DNA of 58,236 nt from Rhizaria sp. SCN 62-66 (lineage: Eukaryota), in the NCBI GenBank assembly GCA_001724265.1, contig MEDY01000180.1:1-58236 (forward strand), written 5' to 3'. A program made the translations under genes and the position numbers. The notes below the pieces were generated by a model. The model was not told where the DNA came from. It saw only the letters and a program-made list of their open reading frames with translations, and did not search any database. This document shows, in pieces, positions 23,373-33,964 of this stretch. Every line of letters starts with the position of its first letter. Position 1 is the stretch's first letter.

Positions 23373-26300
23373 ATGTTGTCGCGAATCTGGGGCATCTTGC
23401 GCGTCCCCGGCTCAGCGACCCCCGCGGCCGCCGCCCCCGCCAAGCCCGCTGCCGCGCTAGCCACAGCACGCGCCGCCGCTCGCGATGAAAACAGCCCCGA
23501 CTCGACCCCCGAGCTGCGTCTCGCCACGGCGCCGGCCAGCAACAAGGCTTCCGCGACCAATACTCCCCGCACTGGTGGCGGCTATACCGAGGTCGACTTT
23601 CTGGAGGACGACGTGCTTGCGCACTCTGCAGCAATAACGCAACATGCTACTATCTCAAGCGCAGCTAAAAGCAACACGGCTCGCAACGTGAGTAACGCTA
23701 ATGCTGCGAGTGCTAAGTTTGCTGCGCATGCGCGTGACTCAGACGAGAACACTCACCCTAACCAGAGCAACACGCCCCAGGGCACTGCACCAACGCTTGC
23801 GCTAACACCTGCGCCGACGCCGCACGCGGCCGACGCGTTGCAGCTGATCTACCCCGATACGCAGTGGGAGCGGTCTGCGCACCCCCGCACTCAGGCGCGC
23901 ACTGCCGCGGCCACTGCGGCTGCCGTGGCCGGCGCCGGCTCTCGTCTCAGCGCGAGCGGCCTCATGCCCCCGCCGCGCCCGCCGCCGCACGGCCACAGCC
24001 ACGGTCACGAGCGCAGCCGCAGCCGCAGCCGCAGTCCGAGTCGCAGCAATAGTGCGAGCCGTGGCCGTAGCACCAAGCGCAGCCGCAGTCGTGCGCCGTT
24101 GCTGCAGCCGTTGCTGCCAAACCACATGTACATGTACCACTCGCCGCTTCAGCGCACTCAACTCCAGCAACACCTTCAGCAACAGCAAGACGTAGCCACT
24201 GCGTCTGCGGAGGCTTCTGCAGCGCTGGCGCGAGGACTACAGGCACCGTCACAGCCGCAGCCTCAGGCTCAATGGCAATCGCTGTTGCAGGCGCAGTCTC
24301 TGCTGCAGCCGCAGCCCCAGTCTGAGTCGCAACTGCAGGTGCCGTATACGCCTGCTGCCTTCGCAACCGCTGTTCATGCGCCTGCAAGCACTCACACACT
24401 CACCAGCATCAGCCGCAGCACCGCCAATACTGCGATGGCGGCCGTGACGCCCGCGGTGCTGCAAGAGCGCGCTCTGGCCGCGACACGCGCCGCCACCGCC
24501 GCCGCAGCTGCCACTGCTGCAGCCGCCTCTGCGATGACGTCTGCAGCGGCGGCGTCGCGGTCCGCTGCGAGGTCATCTGCGTCAGTCGCCAAGAACGCCG
24601 CGTCAGTTGCTAAAAGCACAGCAAGCGTGGCCAAGACTGCTGCAACTGTAGTTGCGCGCGCGCCTGCAACTGCAACCGCAACAGCAGCAGCTGATGTTGT
24701 GGCTGCTTCCAGCTCACAGTCGAAAGCGCGTCCACAGTTGCAACCAGATGCTCTTGCAACGTCCGCTTCTGACGCCAACGCGCGCGCTGATGCTGACGAA
24801 CACAGTGACCATGTCCGTGCGCAGAAGCTGAGTGACGAGCAGCGCGGCCGTGAGCACGGTGACCGTGAGCACCACTTTGATAGTGACCGCGAGCAGCTCT
24901 CCCCGCCACAGTCCCTCGCACAGTCCCTCGCACAGTCCCTCGCACAGTCCCTCTCACAGTCACCATTCACAGTTGCAGCCCCGGTGTCGCCCTCGGTGAC
25001 TGCGCACGCGCCGTTCTCGCACTCTATAGTCGCGGCCGCTGCGACGCAGGCCGAGTACGAGTTCAAAGACCAGCCGTACCGCGCCCGCGAGCCGCTGTGG
25101 GAGCTGGCCGACGCCGCGCTCGCGCCGGCTAAGGGGATACTTAGACTCATCCGCAGCCGCGAGCAGAGGGCGCGGCTGCAACTGCAACAGCAGGGCGAAA
25201 GTCGTCAGGCTCGCAGGAGAAGTGCGAAGTCTAAGATGAGGGCGAGTGCAAAGGGCAAGAAGAACACGCTCACTAACAATAAGACTCAGTACATTAATGA
25301 TGATCATCATGATGACGAAGATGATGACGACAGCACTTCTATGCTCTTAGCCGCCGCCGCCGCCGCTGCCACAAGTGACACAGCCTACGGTGACTCCGAC
25401 ACTGCGCCAACAACAGCTGATGCGAGTGGGTTTGCTGAGTGCACCACGGCCACCGAGCCCGGCTGGGGCCTGGGGTTTCTGCTCACGGTCGCGGCCGAGG
25501 AGGGCGCGGTCGTGCCCGCCGCCGCGTGGGGGCTGCTCGCGCAGCTCCGGGAGGCGGGGGCTAAGGGGATACTTAGCGGGGATGAGGGGGTGCTTAGTGG
25601 CCATGTGAAGCAGGAGCAGGGGCTTGTGTCACTGATGGCTTCACAGTCGCAGTCGCCGTCAGAGCAGCAGCAACAGCAACAGCAACAGCTGCAGCTTGAG
25701 CAAGAGCAGGAGCAGTCAGCAAAGGCCGAAGCGGCTGCGGCAGATGCCCACACTGCAACGTCCACGGTCACTGTGGCCAGCCCAACGTCTAGTGCTGCTG
25801 CTGTTACCAATGCTGTTGCTGCTGCTGAGACTGGGACTGAGACTGATGTTGCTGCTGCTGTTGCCGCTCTGCACGTCGCTGCATCTCAGCCAGCGCCAGC
25901 GCCAGAGCCAGAGCCAGAGCTAGAGCCCGAGTCAGGCGCGGCCGCGCGGCGCAGCACTCGCCGCGCCAACATGGCAGCTGCTGCTGTTGCTGATACCGTT
26001 GATACTGCTGATACTGCAAGTGTAAGTGCCCGTGTCGGTGTAAGTAGTCGTGACAGTGTCGGTGTAAGTACTCGTGCGACGCGTAGCGCCAAGCGCGCTG
26101 CCTCCGAGCTCACGGCTACTTCTCTCAACGCAGCCACAACCGCAGCTCCCGCAAAGGCTAAGAGCGTGCTGCTGCACGAGCAGCAGCAGCAGCAGCAGGC
26201 GCAAAAGCAAGCGCAGCTACAAGACAGGACCAAGCGTGCGCGCCTGCGCAGTGCAGTGCGCGGTGCAATGCGCAGTGAGCTGCGTGCTCACAGTCAGGCT

Positions 26301-27488
26301 CAGGCCGGTCTTGCGATGGACAGTCGCAGTAAGACTGACAGCGACCGCGAGCAGGGGAGTGACCGTGAGCACATGCGTGACCGTGAGCAGAGTGACCGTG
26401 GGCAGGGTGACGGCGCTGCAGCAGCAGCAGCTGATGATGATGCTGCTAAAGACATCAGCAGCAACAACGACAACATTGTTGATGACAACAACGATGACAG
26501 CGTTGTTGAGCTGCCTTCATTGTCTCCGCCACTCTCGCCGCACTCCCAGTCAAGTGCCCGCTCTCGTGTCCAGTCACGGGTTTGGTCGCGCGTTCCGTCA
26601 CATGTTCCCTCGCAGTCCGAGTCGCAGTCTGACACGGACAGCAGCACTGAGAGTGACACTGATGGCGACAGCGACGACAATGACCGTGAAAGTGACCGTG
26701 GGAGTAACCGTGAGCAGCAGCCCGTGCCCGTGCCGTCCCCCACCACGGCGCATGCCCGTCTGAGTAGCGGTCAGAAGCAGAAGCAACAACAGCAACAGCA
26801 GCAGCAACAGCAGATGTTGCCTCTGGCAATGCGGCTCAGCAAGCTCCCCACTTCTCACAGCGGCCACGGTCACGGTCACGGTCAGGGTTACTTGGACACT
26901 CTGCGCGCTCTCTCGCAGTCAACCCACACACAGCAACAGCATCAGCAGCAGTCTGCTGATGCTGTTGCTGATGCTGCTGTTGGACTTGGCGTGTTCCAAG
27001 TCAAGGCGCCCCCTATGAGCGCAAGCGCGCGCTCTCTGCTCGTGGCCGCCGCAGCCCGGTGGGGCCCCCGCCCGGTCCATAGTAGCGGCAGCAGCAGCTC
27101 CAGCCACACCAGCAGCACTCACAGTTTCACCAGCAGCATCACGCACGCCGGAACGCATGCTGGAACACGCGGGGGTACCCAGCCGCAGCAACAGCAGGCG
27201 GGTGTCGGTGGCGGCATTGGCGCTGCGCGGTGGCGCAACGGCCGGTACGAGTACCTCCTCTGGGGCGTCCACAACACATCAAGCGCCACTGACAACAACG
27301 CAACAGCAGCAGCAACAGCAGCAGCAGCAACCTACAGTTGGGCGTGGGTGGCCGCGGGCCCGCGTGCCAGCGGCGATGTGGGACAGCAACCACACGCTGG
27401 GCAAACTGGGCCGGCAGTGACGGTGCAGGCTGCGGAGGCGTTCGGCCGCCTGGCGGGACTGCCAGTCGCCAAGTGGGCTGTGTGGTGA
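23373..27488 (+). CDS. Large low-complexity (Ala/Ser/Gln-rich) hypothetical protein, 1371 aa, with a possible degenerate chromo-like C terminus
   Basis: 4.1-kb uninterrupted ORF bounded by AT-rich spacers. C-terminal ARWRNGRYEYLLWG...YSWAW. Stop is TGA. Confidence 0.65.
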   Translation: MLSRIWGILRVPGSATPAAAAPAKPAAALATARAAARDENSPDSTPELRLATAPASNKASATNTPRTGGGYTEVDFLEDDVLAHSAAITQHATISSAAKSNTARNVSNANAASAKFAAHARDSDENTHPNQSNTPQGTAPTLALTPAPTPHAADALQLIYPDTQWERSAHPRTQARTAAATAAAVAGAGSRLSASGLMPPPRPPPHGHSHGHERSRSRSRSPSRSNSASRGRSTKRSRSRAPLLQPLLPNHMYMYHSPLQRTQLQQHLQQQQDVATASAEASAALARGLQAPSQPQPQAQWQSLLQAQSLLQPQPQSESQLQVPYTPAAFATAVHAPASTHTLTSISRSTANTAMAAVTPAVLQERALAATRAATAAAAATAAAASAMTSAAAASRSAARSSASVAKNAASVAKSTASVAKTAATVVARAPATATATAAADVVAASSSQSKARPQLQPDALATSASDANARADADEHSDHVRAQKLSDEQRGREHGDREHHFDSDREQLSPPQSLAQSLAQSLAQSLSQSPFTVAAPVSPSVTAHAPFSHSIVAAAATQAEYEFKDQPYRAREPLWELADAALAPAKGILRLIRSREQRARLQLQQQGESRQARRRSAKSKMRASAKGKKNTLTNNKTQYINDDHHDDEDDDDSTSMLLAAAAAAATSDTAYGDSDTAPTTADASGFAECTTATEPGWGLGFLLTVAAEEGAVVPAAAWGLLAQLREAGAKGILSGDEGVLSGHVKQEQGLVSLMASQSQSPSEQQQQQQQQLQLEQEQEQSAKAEAAAADAHTATSTVTVASPTSSAAAVTNAVAAAETGTETDVAAAVAALHVAASQPAPAPEPEPELEPESGAAARRSTRRANMAAAAVADTVDTADTASVSARVGVSSRDSVGVSTRATRSAKRAASELTATSLNAATTAAPAKAKSVLLHEQQQQQQAQKQAQLQDRTKRARLRSAVRGAMRSELRAHSQAQAGLAMDSRSKTDSDREQGSDREHMRDREQSDRGQGDGAAAAAADDDAAKDISSNNDNIVDDNNDDSVVELPSLSPPLSPHSQSSARSRVQSRVWSRVPSHVPSQSESQSDTDSSTESDTDGDSDDNDRESDRGSNREQQPVPVPSPTTAHARLSSGQKQKQQQQQQQQQQMLPLAMRLSKLPTSHSGHGHGHGQGYLDTLRALSQSTHTQQQHQQQSADAVADAAVGLGVFQVKAPPMSASARSLLVAAAARWGPRPVHSSGSSSSSHTSSTHSFTSSITHAGTHAGTRGGTQPQQQQAGVGGGIGAARWRNGRYEYLLWGVHNTSSATDNNATAAATAAAATYSWAWVAAGPRASGDVGQQPHAGQTGPAVTVQAAEAFGRLAGLPVAKWAVW
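24909..24956 (+). repeat. 12-bp coding tandem repeat CAGTCCCTCGCA x4 (QSLA repeats)
   Basis: Directly visible; the last unit has one substitution. Confidence 0.9.
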
Positions 27489-27690
27489 GCAAGGGGGAGC
27501 TGCAAGTCAGCGCGTAGAGTGGAAGGGGGAGCGTTTAAGAGGATTATAAAAACGGTGAAATGTAAATACACCAATACAAATGCCAATTGTAAAATAAAAA
27601 GCTTGTTTTATAGCGACTATATACCTTTTTGAGCGTGAAATGTGTTTCGAGCCGTTAGGTTGAAGTTAAGCCGCAGGGGGCCGAAAAACT

Positions 27691-27708
27691 CTCGCTCGCT
27701 CGCTCGCT
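27691..27708. repeat. (CTCG)n microsatellite about 90 bp upstream of the 27799 gene; a similar tract lies at about 51388-51411
   Basis: ctcgctcgctcgctcgct is directly visible. Confidence 0.8.
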
Positions 27709-27798
27709 GCCCTCGCTCGGTCAGTCAGGTGGCGGCGAGGATTAAAATGTTCTTCTGACGCCCTTACAAAGACAGTTCCTTTGCGAGTGTTGTTGCGT

Positions 27799-28935
27799 AT
27801 GTTTGTTCCGCGCGCAACTCATTTAACCAAGGCCGTGCGGTCGGGCGTGACGGTTGCCTCCGCGTCCGTCGCGCCTCTGCAGTCTTGCTTCTCTTCGTCT
27901 GCCGCGACTGCTGGCTCCGCCTCCCCTGCGGCCTCTGCGGCGTCTGACAATGTCTCCTACACGTACAAGCAGTACATTCGCCCCTACAAGCCCGTGGCGT
28001 CTCACATCCCCCCCAAGCACATGCCCGCTGAGTACACCGTGATGCCCGCGCCCGGTCCCGGCTATGTCGACTCTCAGGGCCCCACCGAGCTCGGCTCTGC
28101 CGAGGGCCAGCTCAAGCTCGACAACTTCGCCTTCGCTGAGCCTTACTACGCTCAGCGCGCCGCCATCGGCCCCTCTGTTGCGCTCCCCACCAAGGTCCAC
28201 TCTACTGCGCGCGACACGCTGTTCACATACTCTCAGCGCGTGTACAAGAAGTCGCTCCGCACGATGCGCTCCATGTACATCAAGCAGGCCAAGCACCGCG
28301 CGCGCCTCGTGCAGGGCATTGCGGACCGCGAGTTCGCGGTGATCCAGGCAAAGAAGGAGCAGTACCGCGCGTGGAAGCTCACCCGCCTCGAAGCCTCTCA
28401 CGAGCGCGAGGCCGAGAACATCCGCAAGCGTGCCGCTGAGCGCATGGCGCACCTCGCCCGCGGCGCCGCGGCCCGTGTCGCGTACGACGCCAAGGTGCTC
28501 GAGCAGCAGAGCAAGAAGATCGCCGTGCTGGCCGACGAGGCGCAGTACTGGGTCACGGACCCCATGGACATCAAGGCCGCGCTGTTCGACAACATCGCGA
28601 GCGTGCCCGTGGGCTGGTGGCCCGCCCCCAAGGTCGGCGCCGACTTGACCGCGCCCGGGTACCGTGCGTCGACCAACTACACGTCGGCGGACCTGGCGTA
28701 TCTGCGCGACGTGCGCGGCGTCAAGACGCCTGTCGTCAAGGGCGAGGAGCGCGGCGCCGACTCCGGTCTCGACATCAAGGACGGCGACAACCTGGACCAG
28801 TTCTTCACCACGACCGAGGACGAGCGCGCGTACTTCGATCACGTGCCGCACAAGTTCGCGACGATGCCCGCTGTCGCCGAGGGCGAGGACGACGCGCCCG
28901 AGGTGCTTCCCACCGCCACCAAGCGCTACAACTAA
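27799..28935 (+). CDS. Probable mitochondrial protein, possibly mitoribosomal mS26-like, 378 aa
   Basis: Arg/Ser/Ala-rich, acid-free N terminus (MFVPRATHLTKAVRSG...SCFSS) resembling a targeting peptide. Long charged helix from YKKSLRTMRSMY to LADEAQYWVT, similar in layout to mS26. Strong C/G-ending codon bias; stop is TAA. Confidence 0.5.
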   Translation: MFVPRATHLTKAVRSGVTVASASVAPLQSCFSSSAATAGSASPAASAASDNVSYTYKQYIRPYKPVASHIPPKHMPAEYTVMPAPGPGYVDSQGPTELGSAEGQLKLDNFAFAEPYYAQRAAIGPSVALPTKVHSTARDTLFTYSQRVYKKSLRTMRSMYIKQAKHRARLVQGIADREFAVIQAKKEQYRAWKLTRLEASHEREAENIRKRAAERMAHLARGAAARVAYDAKVLEQQSKKIAVLADEAQYWVTDPMDIKAALFDNIASVPVGWWPAPKVGADLTAPGYRASTNYTSADLAYLRDVRGVKTPVVKGEERGADSGLDIKDGDNLDQFFTTTEDERAYFDHVPHKFATMPAVAEGEDDAPEVLPTATKRYN

Positions 28936-29615
28936 GCACCGTCGCCGCATTAACGACAACTACTATAACTATAAGAAGCGCGGCGCACTGTCTCGGCAGT
29001 GTGTTGTGTGGCGGCGGGAGCATGGCGAGTGCGCGTGCGGCTGTGAGGCGAGTCGGCTGTTGCTGGGACTTTCTTGCTGCTGCTGCTGTTTTGTGTGTTG
29101 TGCTTTGTTGTGCTTTGTTTGTGTTTTGTTGTGAGCGGGGCGAGTGCGGGAGTTATTTATGGAAGCATGATGCTGTCTCAACAGTTAGCATGCCTACCCT
29201 TTTCAAGCACTCACTCTCTGGCACACTGGACACGCAGGCACGCGTATGAAGAAGCTGCACACACGAACAGCCACAGCAGTTGGTCCGCGGTCGCTACAGC
29301 GGCGACAATGGTGACTTGACTTAAGCTGAGAGGAACATATACTATTATATATAATAATACTAAACGATACGTATAGGGATCAAACATATCAAAGAAGTAA
29401 ATAAAACATTCTATTTTAATCAAAAACTAATCGTATCGCTGGAAAGGGCACCATCTTCACAGAATTATCCTATTTCTTTGTAATGATTGCCATGCCAACT
29501 TCGTCCGGTGACAGCGGCAACGGGCGGCTCGATCGAGGACTGGGACGGCGGTGTTGATGAGACACGGGGATGGGGTTTTTGTTTTCGTGCTCAACGTCGC
29601 CAGTGTCCGTTAACA

Positions 29616-32600
29616 ATGTCTTCGCAGGTACGTCCTTATACAAGCGTTAGTATATTTTACATTCTTAATTTTGGCTTTTGAAAAATACCCACGTATCCCT
29701 TCCTAGCCGCTATCTCCAGACCACAACCAAGCCTTCACGACCGTTGATCTCGATCCTCCGCTCCCCGTTCTCACCACGCTCTGACCCGACTTTCGTTCAT
29801 CTTGTTTCTATTCTGCACAGGAGGCTATCGACGCCTCGTACGAAGAGGACATTCGGCGCAACCCGTACTCGCTGAACAATTGGCGCTACTACCTCTCGTT
29901 CAAAGCCGAGGCCCCGCGCTCGGTGCGCTACGCCATCTACGACCGCGCACTCTCGCACCTCCCGCGCTCCTACAAGCTCTGGCACGCCTACCTCACCGCG
30001 CGCCTTGCCGACTGCGCCGGCCTGCCGCCCTCGGCGCCCGTTTACGCGGACGTGAACGAGCTGTTCGAGCGCGCACTGATCCACATGCACAAGATGCCCG
30101 TCATTTGGCGCATGTTCCTCGACTTCCAGCTGCTGCAGCCGGCACGTATCACCGCCACGCGCCGCAACTTTGACCGCGCCCTGCGCGCGCTGCCCGTCAC
30201 GCAGCACTTGGCCTGGGTGTGGCCCAGCTACCTTAAGTTCGCCGACCAGTGCGGCGTCCCCGAAACGGCCATGCGCATCTGGCGCCGCTACGTCCGGCTC
30301 GCACCCGCGCAGCGCGAGGCCTTCGTTGACACGCTGCTGGCCGCCGGGCAGACCGACGCCGCGGCCGCCGAGCTCGCTGCGCTGGTCAACGACGAGCGCT
30401 TTGTCTCGCAGCGCGGCAAGACGCGCCACGACCTGTGGACGGACCTGCTCAAGCTCATCGTGCCCCACGCGGCGGCCATCACGTCGCTCGACACCGACGC
30501 CGTGCTGCGCTCCGGCATCCGCCGCTACCCGCACGAGGTCGCGCGCCTGTGGACCGCGCTGGCGGAGGTTTACACGCGCCAGGGCCTCTTCGAGCGCGCG
30601 CGCAGTATCTACGCAGAAGCCCTGGAGGCGGTCAACACTGTGCGCGACCTGGCCATCGTGTTTGACGCCTACACGCAGCACGAGGAGGGCGTGATCGAGG
30701 GCAAGATGGCCGAGCTGGAGTCGCTTCAGACCGAGCTCGACGCCTCCGTCGCTGACGAGTCGAACAACAACAACAACAACAACAGCAGCGCCAACGGCAG
30801 TGGCAGTGCGTCGACCGAGAGCGTGAGCGCCCGCAAGGCCCGGTTCGCGGCCGCGCTCAGCGCGTGCGAGCAGGAGGTTGACCTGCGCATGATGCGCCTG
30901 GACAAGCTCATCGCCTCGCGCCCGCTGCTCGTCAACACCGTGCTGCTGCGCCAGAACCCGCATAACGTGCCCGAGTGGCTCAACCGCGTCAAGCTCTGCG
31001 GCGGCGACCCGGCGCGCACGGTCTCGACCTTCGCGCTCGCAGTCGCCACGGTCGACCCCGCGCTCGCCGACGGACAGGCGCAGATGCTCTGGGCGCGCTT
31101 CGCCGCCTTTTACCAGCGCCACAAGCAATGGGGCGACGCGCGGTCCGTGTACGTGCGCGCAGTCGCAGCGCCGTACCCCACCGCCGAGGCGCTCGCGTTC
31201 GTCTGGCTCAAGTGGGCCGAGATGGAGCTCGCCGCGGGCAAGCCCCGCCGCGCGCTCGCCGTGCTGCAGCGCGCCACCACCCCTCCGCGCGACTACCGCA
31301 GCGCCGGTAGCAGCAGCAGCAGCGCCGGCTCTGCGAGTTCGCAGGCCAGCGCGAGTGTGTACAAGAACACGCGTCTGTGGGCGTTCTTGGCGGACCTGCA
31401 GGAGTCGTTGGGCCCTCTCGACGCCGCGCGCGCTGTCTACGAGCGCATGATGCAGCTGCGCGTCATCACACCCGCGCTGCTGCTCAACTACGCCAAGCTG
31501 CTGGAGGAGCACAAGCACTACGAGGACGCCTTCCGCGCCTACGAGAAGGGCGCGGCGTTGTTTCCCTATCCGGCCGTCGCGCCCGTGTGGACCGCATACT
31601 TGCGCAAATTTGTCGACCGCTACGGCGGCGCCAAGTTGGAGCGCACGCGCGACCTCTTCGAGCAGGCGCTCGCAGCCGCCCCGCAAGAGTTTTGCAGGCC
31701 CATTTACCTGCTCTACGCTCAGTTCGAGGAGCGCGTCGGCACGCCGCGGTACGTTTTTGTTAAGATAGAGACTATACGCAATATTCTGAATATGGTATTG
31801 TTTTTTCTTGTAGAATCGTTATAATTTAGTGTTTTCATCCGTTTTTAAATCATGAATCCTCGTTTTGTAAACAACTGTGTAAATCTAACGTGACATTTCT
31901 TCCCACTTTCCTACTTTCCTAACTTTTTCTTCCCTCGCTTTGCCTTCCTCGCAGTGGCCTGATGAAGGTTCTCGCGCGCGCCTGCGCGGCTGTGCCCGCA
32001 GCGACGCGCCTCGAGATGTACCTTGTGTACCTGGTCAAGGCCAGCGAGGCCTACGGCGCGGTGCGCACCCGCGACATCTTCGACCAGGCGCTGCAGGCGC
32101 TGCCCGACAGCGCTGTCCCGCTCATCGGCGCGCGCTACGCTGCGCTGGAGCGCGCGCTGGGCGAGATTGACCGCGCGCGCGGCGTGTACAAGTATTGCGC
32201 GCAATATTGCGACCCCAAGACAGAGGAGCGTTTCTGGTCCACGTTCCATCGCTTCGAGCTCATGCACGGCAACCAGGACACGTTCAAGGATATGCTTAAG
32301 GCCAGGTACGCAGATGTCGCCGAATTTACCTGTAACTGTGATGTAACACGATGAGCGAGGTCGCTTTAGAATACGTTTGGTTTTTATTGTGTCTTTTTGT
32401 ATCATTCATTATTCATTTAAGTCTCTTTGCTGTATTTGTCACATATCTCACGTTCTCTACCACTTTTGCCATTTGTGCTTGCTTTTCAATGAAACTTTGC
32501 TACAGGCGCGCGGCCAAGGTGCACTTCGAGCAAGGCGCCCTGGTCAACGCGGCGTTGGCACAGGCCGCCAAGCTCAAGGAGGAGGCCCGCCGCAAGCAGC

Positions 32601-32935
32601 AACAGCAGCAGCAGCAGCAGGACCAGGACCAGGAGCAGCCGCACGACGACGCAGCGGACAGCAACAGCAACGCGGCGGGCGGCGGCGGCCGCGGGCTGAA
32701 GCGCGCCCACGACGCTGGCGCCGACGCTGAGGGGGGTGACCGTGAGCAGCTGGCCGATGAGGCCGCCGCCGCCGCCGCGAGCGCCGAGAACCCAGACGAG
32801 ATCGACCTTGACATGGGCTTCGACGATGATGACGCCGCCACGGGTAGCGGTGGGAACGGTGATGATGACGGGGAGATTGTGCAGATGGCGCCCCCCGCGA
32901 GTCTCTTTGGCGGCGTCACGGGCGGCAGCACTTGA
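29616..32935 (+). CDS. SYF1: Pre-mRNA splicing factor SYF1/XAB2, 906 aa. Exons 29616-29627, 29821-31748, 31955-32305, 32506-32935
   Basis: YEEDIRRNPYS, LPRSYKLW, FERALIHMHKMPVIW, FDRALRALPVTQH, LLRQNPHNVPEW, LGEIDRAR, HGNQDTFKDML, NPDEIDLD. Three GTACG..CAG introns; stop is TGA. Confidence 0.97.
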
Positions 32936-33964
32936 TCAGCGAACACGGCGCGCTTCCAGCCAGTAAAGTGAGCCAAGTTAGCAAATCTCAGACCTGATAG
33001 CTGGACTTGTAGACAGTGACTGTTGTCCGTGGTGATACTCTGTTTGTTCTTGGTCAAGCCTAACTCTTGTGTGTGAGAACATTTCTACTCTGCGGCAAAG
33101 ATTACACGCGTTAAACGAACAGCATTTATCAACAGAGTGGGAGGTCGCTGCATTTCATCCGTGTAATGGCATCCTCACGTTTAGCAATCACAATCACATG
33201 GTGTTTACGATCGAACAGCAGTGGCGTTCTGTTGTTGTTTATCTATAGTACTAGCTTTTCTATGTGAGAGTTTCTTCTATATTGTTTATATTCACAAGGG
33301 CCTGTGTTCCAAATACAGTCCATCATCTTATGACACTTCAGCTCATCGTTGACGATTTTGTGGTGACAGCGGCTGGTGTCCAGTTTGGACAAGTCGTGTT
33401 TTGACATCAACCTCCAGACACATCAAATGATCGTTGTTTGTCAATTTAGCAACGAATCTAGTGACAAACAACGCATTTGCCGTCTTTAATTTTACAATAT
33501 TTTATAAAGATGACATTCCAGCGTGAAATTATGGGACGCCGCGTTTGAGAGGTGCCTTGAGACGAAACAAGATCTAAACCGTGACAAATCGTGTGTTGTC
33601 AGCAGTATTTGTACAGTGTTGCATAAGAAATTGTCGCGCGCACTAAAATCAAATTTGTGTTATGTGCAAATATGTGTGCAACGTCGTACTGTCCCCCGCT
33701 ATCACCCTGCCACCGGGAAAATGCAACTCGATGAACAGGATGAATCACTTGGACTCGCAGTCTTGCAAGTAGTCTGACGGCTTTGTGTTGAAACGTTTCT
33801 GTGATTTGAGATGTCCAGCAGGTATCTGAGGTATCTATCTCACCTTTTACTTTACCGTCTTGTTTTTTTGATTGTTACTTTCCCCTTCGTTGTTTCACCG
33901 CAGATCAACGTTCTCATCGCCCGAAGCACCAATTTGCAGCTGACATTAGCCCGCCTGTGCGCGA

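Noticed and set aside
2371-32935. Clustering of three splicing factors (SART3, FAM32A, SYF1)
   Set aside because: They are interspersed with unrelated genes; chance is an adequate explanation without synteny data.
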